Source: a virus
Lineage: Duplodnaviria; Caudoviricetes
Length of the DNA: 46,729 nucleotides
IMG/VR virus record: IMGVR_UViG_3300017761_003339
Coordinates: 1-46,729 of that record
Reading direction: 5' to 3' (one strand)
Shown here in pieces: positions 29,125 to 36,234 of the stretch. The translations under genes and the position numbers were made by a program. Position 1 is the first letter of the stretch. Each line of letters begins with the position of its first letter. The notes below the pieces were generated by a model that worked only from the letters and a program-made list of their open reading frames with translations, was not told the origin of the DNA and ran no database searches.

Positions 29125-29400
29125 GTAAAATTTAATGAAAAAACACAATTATAGCATTTAGATATTCTTACGTCTCTGGTCGTAGTATTTGGTTATCTTC
29201 GTCCAAGTAACACTATTTTCTTGGGTGAACCACTTTTTAAACCATACCCCCCTTTCCCCCCTTTCCTTTAAAAGCCTTAAAAAAGCTTTTGCGAAAATTG
29301 GTTCAGGTGTGGTAGTGGTTGTGATTCCCAAGATACTTTCTCGTTCATCCCCACACAGTCCATCAAGACATACCCCCATCAAAAAGTAAGGACTGCGGTG

Positions 29401-29408
29401 CAAACATA
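29401..29408 (-). promoter_or_regulatory. -7 element (TATGTTTG) reading into the unexplained 29125-29400 region
   Basis: TAnnTTTG followed by CA. Confidence 0.45.
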
Positions 29409-29420
29409 AAACACTTTTTT

Positions 29421-29813
29421 TTATTTATCAAGAGAAATATGTCTTGGAATACATTTTTTTATGTAGAACTCAATAAACTCAGCACCTTTGAGCACTAAAA
29501 CTTTTTCTACAATCAAACGAAAGATGTACTTATCGTTAAAATTGTACTTCTTTTGAAGGATGTCGATAAATGGTTTGACTACATTATCAATGTCTGCGGC
29601 AATATTACTTACTCCTACTATAAGAGACATCTCTAAAGGCTCTTTACATTGTTTTAAGTCATACGCCTGAAGTTTAAGCATAACTTCTTTTTCGTACAAA
29701 GTATATTCCTTTGTTTTAAATCGTTTGCCTTGCCAACATTGGTTGACAGACAAAGGTTTAATGTCTACTCTGTTTGAAAAGAGCAGGATAGAGTCCTTTA
29801 AGTATTTCGGCAT
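29421..29813 (-). CDS. rusA: RusA-family Holliday junction resolvase
   Basis: KPLSVN, DIDNVVKPFIDIL, FNDK.I catalytic motifs. Confidence 0.8.
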   Translation of the reverse strand: MPKYLKDSILLFSNRVDIKPLSVNQCWQGKRFKTKEYTLYEKEVMLKLQAYDLKQCKEPLEMSLIVGVSNIAADIDNVVKPFIDILQKKYNFNDKYIFRLIVEKVLVLKGAEFIEFYIKKCIPRHISLDK

Positions 29814-30171
29814 TTGATTTTAAGTCTTGAAAAAGTAATAGATCAACGGGTAAACCATAAAATTCAGAAGCTACTATAGCGACCTTTAATGAGATTAATT
29901 TACAATCGTTATAAATAACCTTCGATAAGTGAGAATCCAAGTCAACTCCCATAAACTCTTTGATTTTATGAATGGAAATTGATTCATCGTGTAATTTTGC
30001 TAAATATTGAATGTTCTCCCGGAATTGATTTGAAATGTGAACGAGTTTATTATCAATCAATTTGTCATAGTATTGACCTCTGATTTCTGCAATAAGTTGA
30101 TTTTCAAGCAAGATGTTCATACCTCGCTTCTTTATAGAAATTATTTTAACTTCTAATTCGTCAAAACTCAT
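29758..30171 (-). CDS. Putative HTH (XRE-like) protein
   Basis: FRENIQYL...ISLKVAIVASEFYGLPVDLLL. Confidence 0.5.
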   Translation of the reverse strand: MSFDELEVKIISIKKRGMNILLENQLIAEIRGQYYDKLIDNKLVHISNQFRENIQYLAKLHDESISIHKIKEFMGVDLDSHLSKVIYNDCKLISLKVAIVASEFYGLPVDLLLFQDLKSNAEILKGLYPALFKQSRH

Positions 30172-30413
30172 TAGATAGAAATTTTCATTTCAAACTCTTG
30201 GAGGTATCTTTCGTTTTCTTCAATGCATCGTTTAACTTCTTTCATAACGATGATTAATTTTTGATGATCAATTAAAGATTTTCCGTTCAAGATATTGTAT
30301 ACGTCATATTTTTGAATTCCTAGACGAGAAGTTCTTTCTACGATACGGGCCATATCGCCACGCTTTAACTTGCTTTTTAATTCAAGCACTCTGCTTTTTA
30401 ATTCGTTGTTCAT
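30171..30413 (-). CDS. Small HTH DNA-binding protein
   Basis: LKRGDMARI...VYNILNG. Confidence 0.6.
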   Translation of the reverse strand: MNNELKSRVLELKSKLKRGDMARIVERTSRLGIQKYDVYNILNGKSLIDHQKLIIVMKEVKRCIEENERYLQEFEMKISI

Positions 30414-30491
30414 AATATTTTACAATTTTACAAAAAAAATTTGTAATTACAAAATTATATAGTATATTCGCCTCACTAATAGATAAATATT
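30414..30491. promoter_or_regulatory. Divergent control region with palindrome TTTGTAATTACAAA
   Basis: Strand switch; perfect 14-bp palindrome at 30440-30453; TAATTTTG on the minus strand at 30450-30457. Confidence 0.55.
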
Positions 30492-31097
30492 ATGGGTTTT
30501 AAAAATGGAATGGGTAGTAAAATCTACCTTACAATTCGGGAGGGCAAAATTGCCCACAAACAAGGAGATGCTTATGTTTTGTATGATTCTTTCGAGGGTC
30601 AAATCGTAGGTATTAGCACACGTGAAGGTAAGTACGGCACAGATTTGTGTTTAGACTTATTAGACAATGACAAGGTGTATCAATTGCAAATTAAAATGAA
30701 AGGCGAAGAGCCTACTAGTAAGCAGACTTCTTACTTCATTGCTTTTGCACATTGTTGCCCTGGTATTGACCCTAGCAAAAAGGTTGAGTTTATTCCTTCT
30801 TTGAAGATTGTTGAAGACAAGAAAAGGTCGGCTTTGTTTATCAAGCAGAACGGACAAATTCTTAAGTGGTCTTTTAAAGTAGGTCAAGATGGTGTTCCTG
30901 CACCAGAGGAATTGAAGAACAAAAAGGGGGAAGTGATTTCTACTGATTGGTCAGAAGTTGAAGCGTATCGAGTTGACAGAGTAAATGAGTTTACTAAAAA
31001 GGTAATTCCTTTTGAGCCTGTACACGATATTGTTGCTGATCATGCAATGAATCCTTACGTAGAGTCTTCTCAAGACGATGATGATCTTCCTTTCTGA
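30492..31097 (+). CDS. Single-stranded DNA-binding protein-like
   Basis: Acidic C-terminus DDDDLPF; adjacent to an exonuclease gene. Confidence 0.65.
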   Translation: MGFKNGMGSKIYLTIREGKIAHKQGDAYVLYDSFEGQIVGISTREGKYGTDLCLDLLDNDKVYQLQIKMKGEEPTSKQTSYFIAFAHCCPGIDPSKKVEFIPSLKIVEDKKRSALFIKQNGQILKWSFKVGQDGVPAPEELKNKKGEVISTDWSEVEAYRVDRVNEFTKKVIPFEPVHDIVADHAMNPYVESSQDDDDLPF

Positions 31098-31336
31098 TGC
31101 CACGTGGTGTAAATAATACAAAATTGGCCGAGAAAATTGGAACTAAAGTTGAACCTGCTCATATGAAACATTATGGGCAGGAACAAAAGGCTATAATTCG
31201 GCAGTCTTCGTTAAAAAGTGCCGTTTCTTTGGTTGAGTCCATTGTTCCAAGATTGCAAGTCGATTTCACGGTTACAGATATTCGTAACCTTACTTTGGAA
31301 ACTGCTGAGTTGTTCGAAGAATGGGTCTTGAGATAA
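31097..31336 (+). CDS. Hypothetical protein (IIRQSSLK.A motif)
   Basis: TGATG-coupled to the upstream gene; the motif is recalled from SSB/recombination-linked phage proteins. Confidence 0.55.
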   Translation: MPRGVNNTKLAEKIGTKVEPAHMKHYGQEQKAIIRQSSLKSAVSLVESIVPRLQVDFTVTDIRNLTLETAELFEEWVLR

Positions 31337-32304
31337 TTCAAATCAATAAGGATAAGAGCTACGATGAATGGATTCAGTTCCGTACTCGTGGGCTTGGGGC
31401 CTCAGAGATTGGTACTCTTATGGGTGTCAACTCTTGGAAATCTCCTGCTGAATTATACTATCAGAAGATAGGATTAATTCCACAGAAGGTAGATCAGAAC
31501 ATTCCTATGTTTATGGGAACTATCTTGGAAAAGACTGTTGCTGAGATATTCGAGTATTGGGATGGTGATGATGCATCTATGTTGAAGAACTATGAAAGCG
31601 AAACTAAAGTACGTACTTTGTACGAGCCGGTTGGGTATGTGGTTAATCCACAGTATCCTCATCTTTTTTTCTCGCCTGACAGATTACAAATCAAAACAAA
31701 AAACTTAAGAATAAGAGATGGTAGAATTAACTTGGAAAATGTGGAAGCTGTTATTGAGATTAAAACGATTAGTGGATGGAGTAGCAAGCAGTGGGAGGGC
31801 GGTATTCCACCGTCTTATTACTTGCAGCTGCAAACCTACTTAATGGGTCTCGGAATAGATACTGGCTACTTGGTCGCTCTAGAAGATGGAAGAAACTTAA
31901 AGGTTCACAAATTCGATAGGGATCAAGAAATGATAGATATGATTGGTAGAGTAACAGCAGACTTCTGGTCATGTGTAGAAGCAGGTCGCCTTGCTTTAGA
32001 ACTAGGAGAGGACTACGAGCAATATGCTCCACCACCAGATGGCACGGAAGCCTACTCGGAGTTTTTAAATAAGAAGTTCGCCAATCCCGAAGAAAATACT
32101 ATTGTGTCTACACCAGAGATAGATGAGTGTATACTCCAGTACAAGGTGAAAAACTCAGAGATGTCTATTCTAGATGACGAGAAGAGGGAAGCAGCTAATT
32201 TCATTAAGAACTATATGGGTAACAATACGACTATACAATCCGAGGAAGGTAAAGTAACTTGGAGACCCAATGCTAAAGGAACTAGAATTTTCAGAGTTGG
32301 ATGA
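31321..32304 (+). CDS. YqaJ-like (lambda-exonuclease family) recombination nuclease
   Basis: W...R..GLGASE, G..LE, SPD, EIKT, YYLQLQ.Y. Confidence 0.9.
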   Translation: MGLEIIQINKDKSYDEWIQFRTRGLGASEIGTLMGVNSWKSPAELYYQKIGLIPQKVDQNIPMFMGTILEKTVAEIFEYWDGDDASMLKNYESETKVRTLYEPVGYVVNPQYPHLFFSPDRLQIKTKNLRIRDGRINLENVEAVIEIKTISGWSSKQWEGGIPPSYYLQLQTYLMGLGIDTGYLVALEDGRNLKVHKFDRDQEMIDMIGRVTADFWSCVEAGRLALELGEDYEQYAPPPDGTEAYSEFLNKKFANPEENTIVSTPEIDECILQYKVKNSEMSILDDEKREAANFIKNYMGNNTTIQSEEGKVTWRPNAKGTRIFRVG

Positions 32305-32585
32305 AAACAAAGGATATCGAATGGTATCAGGCTATGTGGGAGTCACGTCCACACAAATGCCAGGAATGTGGTTTACATCTACCACACTTCAGTCCGATGT
32401 ACATCTCGCATATCATAACAAAAGGAAGTTATCCGAGTCTGAGGAATCATCCCGAAAACTTTATGATCTATTGTTCGCAATGTCATCAATTATGGGAATT
32501 TGGGAAGAGGACGATGATGAAGACTTATGAAGAAGCGATGGAGATAATGAATCGCCTTAAAAGAGAGTATCATGAATCACGGTAG
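32301..32585 (+). CDS. HNH-like zinc-finger nuclease
   Basis: CQECG...SHI.....YP.LR....N....CSQCH. Confidence 0.7.
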   Translation: MKTKDIEWYQAMWESRPHKCQECGLHLPHFSPMYISHIITKGSYPSLRNHPENFMIYCSQCHQLWEFGKRTMMKTYEEAMEIMNRLKREYHESR

Positions 32586-33708
32586 TTTATTTAGTGGAAT
32601 AGGTGGATTTGATTTAGCAGCCGAGTGGATGGGTTGGGACAATAAGTTCCATTGCGACATCAACCCCTTTAGTAGAAAATTATGTAGTTTTTATTGGCCC
32701 AAGGCCGAATCTTATGAAGATATCAAGACAACTGACTTTAGAATTTGGAGAGGAAAAATCGATGTCCTCTCCGGTGGTTTCCCCTGCCAGCCATTTTCCC
32801 ACGCTGGAAAAAGGATGGGAAAAGAAGACGAACGCCATCTTTGGCCCTATATGCTCCAAGCAATCAAAGACATTAGACCAAGATATGTCGTGGGGGAGAA
32901 TGTTCGTGGAATCCTTAGTTGGTCGGAGGGATTGGTTCTCGAAGAGGTCTACGCTGATTTGGAAGGTGAGGGATACGAAGTCCAAACGTTTGTACTTCCA
33001 GCTGTCGGCATCAACGCTCCACACAAACGGGACAGAGTCTGGATTATTGCTAAAGACACCAGCAGCGATGGATGCATACAGCGAGAACCTATCGAAGAAG
33101 GAACAGGTATTCGGGAACTCTGGGACACTAGCACAGGAGGTAGCAACGGGATTCATTTACAAGAGGGGACTGATACCAACACCACAAGCATCGGACTACA
33201 TAGACAAGAACACGAGCAAGAGTTGGGAATCAAAAGGGGGAATCAATTTCAGTTTGGGAAATCCGAAAATAAGAGAAACGCTACCGACACCAATAGCCGG
33301 GGATTGGAAGGGTCAATTGAGATCGGACGGAACAGCGAATATGTTGAGCGGAAAAGCGACATTGGGATTACTGCCGACACCGAACGCTTGCGATTGGAAC
33401 TCGGCCAAGATGCCACAGACTTACATCGCCTCAGTTCTCAGACACAAGGAGAAAGGAGTCAATCAGCAGTTAACATTACGCCAGATGACAATGTTCATTC
33501 CGAACAAGGTGGACCATCCGAAATTTGGGACGGCTTCCCAATTAAATCCCCACTTTGTTGGGGAGATGATGGGCTTCCCACTGAATTGGACGGACTTGCC
33601 CTTCCTAAGTGGAGAAAAGAAAGTATAATGGGCTATGGTAATGCCATTGTTCCACAAATTGCTTACCGTATATTTGCAACCATAGATGAAATCGAAAATA
33701 GAAGCTAA
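32572..33708 (+). CDS. DNA (cytosine-5) methyltransferase, catalytic (alpha) chain
   Basis: SLFSGIGG, GGFPCQPFS, GENVRG, PHKRDRVW, GYGNAIVPQ. Confidence 0.9.
   Translation: MNHGSLFSGIGGFDLAAEWMGWDNKFHCDINPFSRKLCSFYWPKAESYEDIKTTDFRIWRGKIDVLSGGFPCQPFSHAGKRMGKEDERHLWPYMLQAIKDIRPRYVVGENVRGILSWSEGLVLEEVYADLEGEGYEVQTFVLPAVGINAPHKRDRVWIIAKDTSSDGCIQREPIEEGTGIRELWDTSTGGSNGIHLQEGTDTNTTSIGLHRQEHEQELGIKRGNQFQFGKSENKRNATDTNSRGLEGSIEIGRNSEYVERKSDIGITADTERLRLELGQDATDLHRLSSQTQGERSQSAVNITPDDNVHSEQGGPSEIWDGFPIKSPLCWGDDGLPTELDGLALPKWRKESIMGYGNAIVPQIAYRIFATIDEIENRS
32714..33628 (+). CDS. Overlapping-frame methyltransferase partner (beta) chain with target-recognition-like repeats and motif IX
   Basis: 304-aa ORF nested in the methyltransferase gene; four L[PK]TP.A.D repeats; LNPHFVGEMMGFP. 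True start may be at 32762. Confidence 0.75.
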   Translation: MKISRQLTLEFGEEKSMSSPVVSPASHFPTLEKGWEKKTNAIFGPICSKQSKTLDQDMSWGRMFVESLVGRRDWFSKRSTLIWKVRDTKSKRLYFQLSASTLHTNGTESGLLLKTPAAMDAYSENLSKKEQVFGNSGTLAQEVATGFIYKRGLIPTPQASDYIDKNTSKSWESKGGINFSLGNPKIRETLPTPIAGDWKGQLRSDGTANMLSGKATLGLLPTPNACDWNSAKMPQTYIASVLRHKEKGVNQQLTLRQMTMFIPNKVDHPKFGTASQLNPHFVGEMMGFPLNWTDLPFLSGEKKV

Positions 33709-33949
33709 GCAGTACTTGAGGTATATGAAGACTTTTTTATGGGCTAATAAAAAGACTATAGAAGAACTGAGCGAGGTATCTGCTAAAAGCGTTATGGTAG
33801 ACTACCCAGTAGATGCCACGAATTTAGAAGACGCTATTAATTTCATAGAAACGGGAGAGGGCCTCAGAGAAACACAAATCTCCAAGACTGATCTATACGC
33901 TATGATGGAATCAATGAAACATAAAAAAGAAGAAATAAAAAAACCATGA
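33686..33949 (+). CDS. Hypothetical protein
   Basis: 87-aa ORF overlapping both neighbours. Confidence 0.55.
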   Translation: MKSKIEAKQYLRYMKTFLWANKKTIEELSEVSAKSVMVDYPVDATNLEDAINFIETGEGLRETQISKTDLYAMMESMKHKKEEIKKP

Positions 33950-34230
33950 AATACACAGTAAAAGGGCCACGAGTTATTTTAACTCCCCCGGTAATTAAAC
34001 AGAGTGTAATCGAAGTAGACGATAAGTTGAAAAGAGAACTGATGGAAAAGGAAATGAAGAAGTGGCATAGCCTTACAGTTCTAGCCGCTGGAGATGAAGT
34101 TATAGGAATAGAAGTGGGTGACGAGGTTTATGTCAATCCTATCTTCTTGCACAATGCCGAGAGAATTGAAATAGATGGAATAGAACGTATGATTGTGCGT
34201 GCTGCTGATATTTCTATCGTTTGGAAATAG
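33946..34230 (+). CDS. groES: GroES/Cpn10-like co-chaperonin
   Basis: G.RVIL, TVLAAGDEV..IEVGDEV, IEIDG....IVR..DI. Confidence 0.7.
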   Translation: MKYTVKGPRVILTPPVIKQSVIEVDDKLKRELMEKEMKKWHSLTVLAAGDEVIGIEVGDEVYVNPIFLHNAERIEIDGIERMIVRAADISIVWK

Positions 34231-34325
34231 TACCTTTGTAATGCGAACCCCCCTAGGGATAGTCTCCCTAGACCGAAAGTTCCCACCTGCATATCGTAAG
34301 ATCTGCTCGTGGGACTTTTTCTTTT
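34231..34325 (+). terminator. -7 element followed by a hairpin and an intrinsic terminator
   Basis: TACCTTTG (34231-34238); CTAGGGA/TCCCTAG hairpin; AAAGTTCCCAC...GTGGGACTTT followed by a T run. Confidence 0.6.
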
Positions 34326-34414
34326 ATATGCGCCTACTTTTTATACGATGCGCCTATTTTTCTTACACTAGTGGCAAATGTTTGCACAAAGTAGTGAAAA
34401 GTAATACCTATTGC

Positions 34415-34712
34415 AAAAAATATACCCCCTGGTATAATACCGCTCGGTAAAAATATACCCCCCCCCTATTGATATCAAGAGTAAATATTCCCCCTCGGTA
34501 AAAAATAGCCCCCCTACCTTATATATAGCAGAGACAAAAAGTACTCCTAAAAAATATAGTTTATGCTTGGTGTGGAGGTAATATGTACAAAAAAGTCGGC
34601 TGATGGCGTAAAAAAAACACCCCCCCTATCTTGCTTCGCAAGATAGAACCTAAATCGTGGGGCATCGGGCTTAATTCCCGAAGGGAATTAAATCGCAAAA
34701 AAAATCCCCTTT
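34415..34712. repeat. A-tract/C-tract repeats and two perfect triloop hairpins
   Basis: AAAAATATACCCCC-like units (about 6); CTATCTTGC-TTC-GCAAGATAG at 34626-34646; TTAATTCCC-GAA-GGGAATTAA at 34671-34691. Confidence 0.75.
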
Positions 34713-34714
34713 GG

Positions 34715-35000
34715 CGTACACGCTCGCTCGAGTGTGTACGCTTGCACGCTTGCACGCACGCATTCGCCTACGCACACACGCTCGCCCAGGATCGCACGCA
34801 TACACGCACACGCATAGAGCTTTCGATTCACATTTCAAAATTTATTTGTTATTTAGAACCATTCTAAATTTCATCGAATATTTTTTTCTTTGCTTCGCTT
34901 CGCTTACATTACGCCCAAGCATAACGCTTGCACACACGCTCACGCATACGCTTGCGTACGCACGCAAACGGTTTTTCTTTCATATTTCCAAATTTATTTT
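34715..35000. repeat. Two imperfect copies of a (CACG/CGCA)-rich tract plus an AT-rich tail
   Basis: ACGCTTGCAC.CACGC...TCA.ATTTC.AAATTTATTT occurs twice. Confidence 0.7.
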
Positions 35001-35070
35001 CGTGAATTTAACATTGATTTTTTTGATATTTGTTTAAACGAACATTGAACCGATAAAATTATTTTCATTT

Positions 35071-35219
35071 TGTAACTTATTGAATTTCAACAACTTAAGA
35101 TTTTTTTTTAACTTTTTTTAACATTTATAATGATTCTAAATAAGATAGTTAATTCATTGATAATCAACAACTTACATTTATCAATTTTGTTGTAACTCAT
35201 TGATAATCAACAACTTACA
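35071..35219. repeat. Three copies of the imperfect palindrome TGTAACTCATTGATAATCAACAACTTACA
   Basis: Copies at 35071-35097, 35150-35176 and 35191-35219; copies 2 and 3 contain the IHF consensus WATCAANNNNTTR on both strands. Confidence 0.8.
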
Positions 35220-35611
35220 TCGATTTTTTTATTCCGATTATTACCCCAATCTTTGTAATGTCGAAACAACATAACGACAACACGAAACAGACATACACAA
35301 ACGATAAACACACACACAAAAAAACACTTTTTGCTTGCATAAGTAATTTATTACACACAGCAAAAAGTTATCTGTCTACTTTACTGGACAGTGCCATCTA
35401 ATCGGGCAGTGGAAGAACTATGCCCTTTGTGAGACCTAACCCTACATAGTGGGCTGGCGAGCCTCTCGTGACCAAGTCAATGAGGCGTATGTAAGTTCTT
35501 GGAGAGAAAACCGAGGGCGTGTAAGTCAAGGGATTAAACCCTCGCAATCATACTACTTAGGTTCAACCGCCCCTTAAGGGTGAGAAACCGAAAAAATAAG
35601 GTGCACTCAAA

Positions 35612-35678
35612 CTATCGATGCCATCCGTAGCCTTTGACCTATGGGGTGCAGTCTGTCGTGTCAGACCATCGGTAGCCA
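35612..35678 (+). ncRNA. tRNA-like leader element 1
   Basis: CTATCGATG/CATCGGTAG stem abutting the GTCTG-loop-CAGAC arm, followed by CCA; 11 nt before the ATG. Confidence 0.45.
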
Positions 35679-35689
35679 ACCTTTAATAT

Positions 35690-36082
35690 ATGAAAAACAC
35701 AACAATCAAAATCGAGAATCACGAGTCATCAATCCAATTTGACTTAACCACCAACAACACCAAAGACAACGCAAAAGTGAGGCGAGCCCTCGTTTATCGT
35801 TTCTTTGACTACTACAACACTATGCGAGTAATCGGTGCAAAGGGTTTCAAGGCAAGCGAGCCTTTCAAAATCTCCTTTGTTGTCGATGGTAAAATCTCAT
35901 TCTGTACTACTCAGTGCACTACGCAAGCACAGACAACCCTTAAATTAATCAACACACCTAAGGGGCGTGGCAAGTTCGAAATGCGTTTCGAGAATCTTGT
36001 GGCCTTAGCACAGCGTATGGGGGTTACTGATACCGATGAGGTTATCAAGCAAGCCGAAGAGATGCTTATGGCTGTTAATTAA
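35690..36082 (+). CDS. Hypothetical early protein
   Basis: 130 aa, first ORF after the non-coding region, followed by a terminator. Confidence 0.7.
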   Translation: MKNTTIKIENHESSIQFDLTTNNTKDNAKVRRALVYRFFDYYNTMRVIGAKGFKASEPFKISFVVDGKISFCTTQCTTQAQTTLKLINTPKGRGKFEMRFENLVALAQRMGVTDTDEVIKQAEEMLMAVN

Positions 36083-36104
36083 TTAAATAGTAAATCTATT
36101 ATCT

Positions 36105-36139
36105 GAGCCCCATTCACAAGATGGGGTTTTTCTTTTTTT
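36105..36139 (+). terminator. Intrinsic terminator
   Basis: GAGCCCCAT...ATGGGGTTT followed by a T run. Confidence 0.7.
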
Positions 36140-36184
36140 AGTTAGATCCAGGCTGGAGCTCACTCATCAGAGGGAGTCCCACCG

Positions 36185-36232
36185 TCCTATGCCATAGGGT
36201 TGCCGTCTGTTCAAGTCAGACCATAGGAGCAA
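36185..36232 (+). ncRNA. tRNA-like leader element 2 (acceptor stem plus T-arm)
   Basis: TCCTATG/CATAGGA 7 bp; GTCTG-TTCAAGT-CAGAC 5-bp stem with 7-nt loop; then GCAA. Confidence 0.5.
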
Positions 36233-36234
36233 TT

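Noticed and set aside
29158-29403. 81-aa ORF as a confident gene
   Set aside because: Its start overlaps the promoter element, its composition is odd and it has no motifs; kept only as one possibility in the findings
34193-35037. ORFs 34193-34450, 34561-34755, 34631-34867 and 34711-35037
   Set aside because: They are translations of low-complexity repeats and terminator sequence
35071-35219. Mini CRISPR array
   Set aside because: Spacing is irregular (about 52 and 14 nt), spacers are low-complexity, and the units fit protein-binding palindromes better
35258-35401. 47-aa ORF MSKQHNDNTK...
   Set aside because: It derives from a low-complexity A/C-rich leader and has no supporting motif; it cannot be fully excluded
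36163-36170. Hammerhead ribozyme core (CTGATGAG on the minus strand)
   Set aside because: There is no GAAA after stem II and no stem III or cleavage triplet in register
36185-36232. Bona fide tRNA gene
   Set aside because: It lacks D and anticodon arms, so it is reported as tRNA-like only
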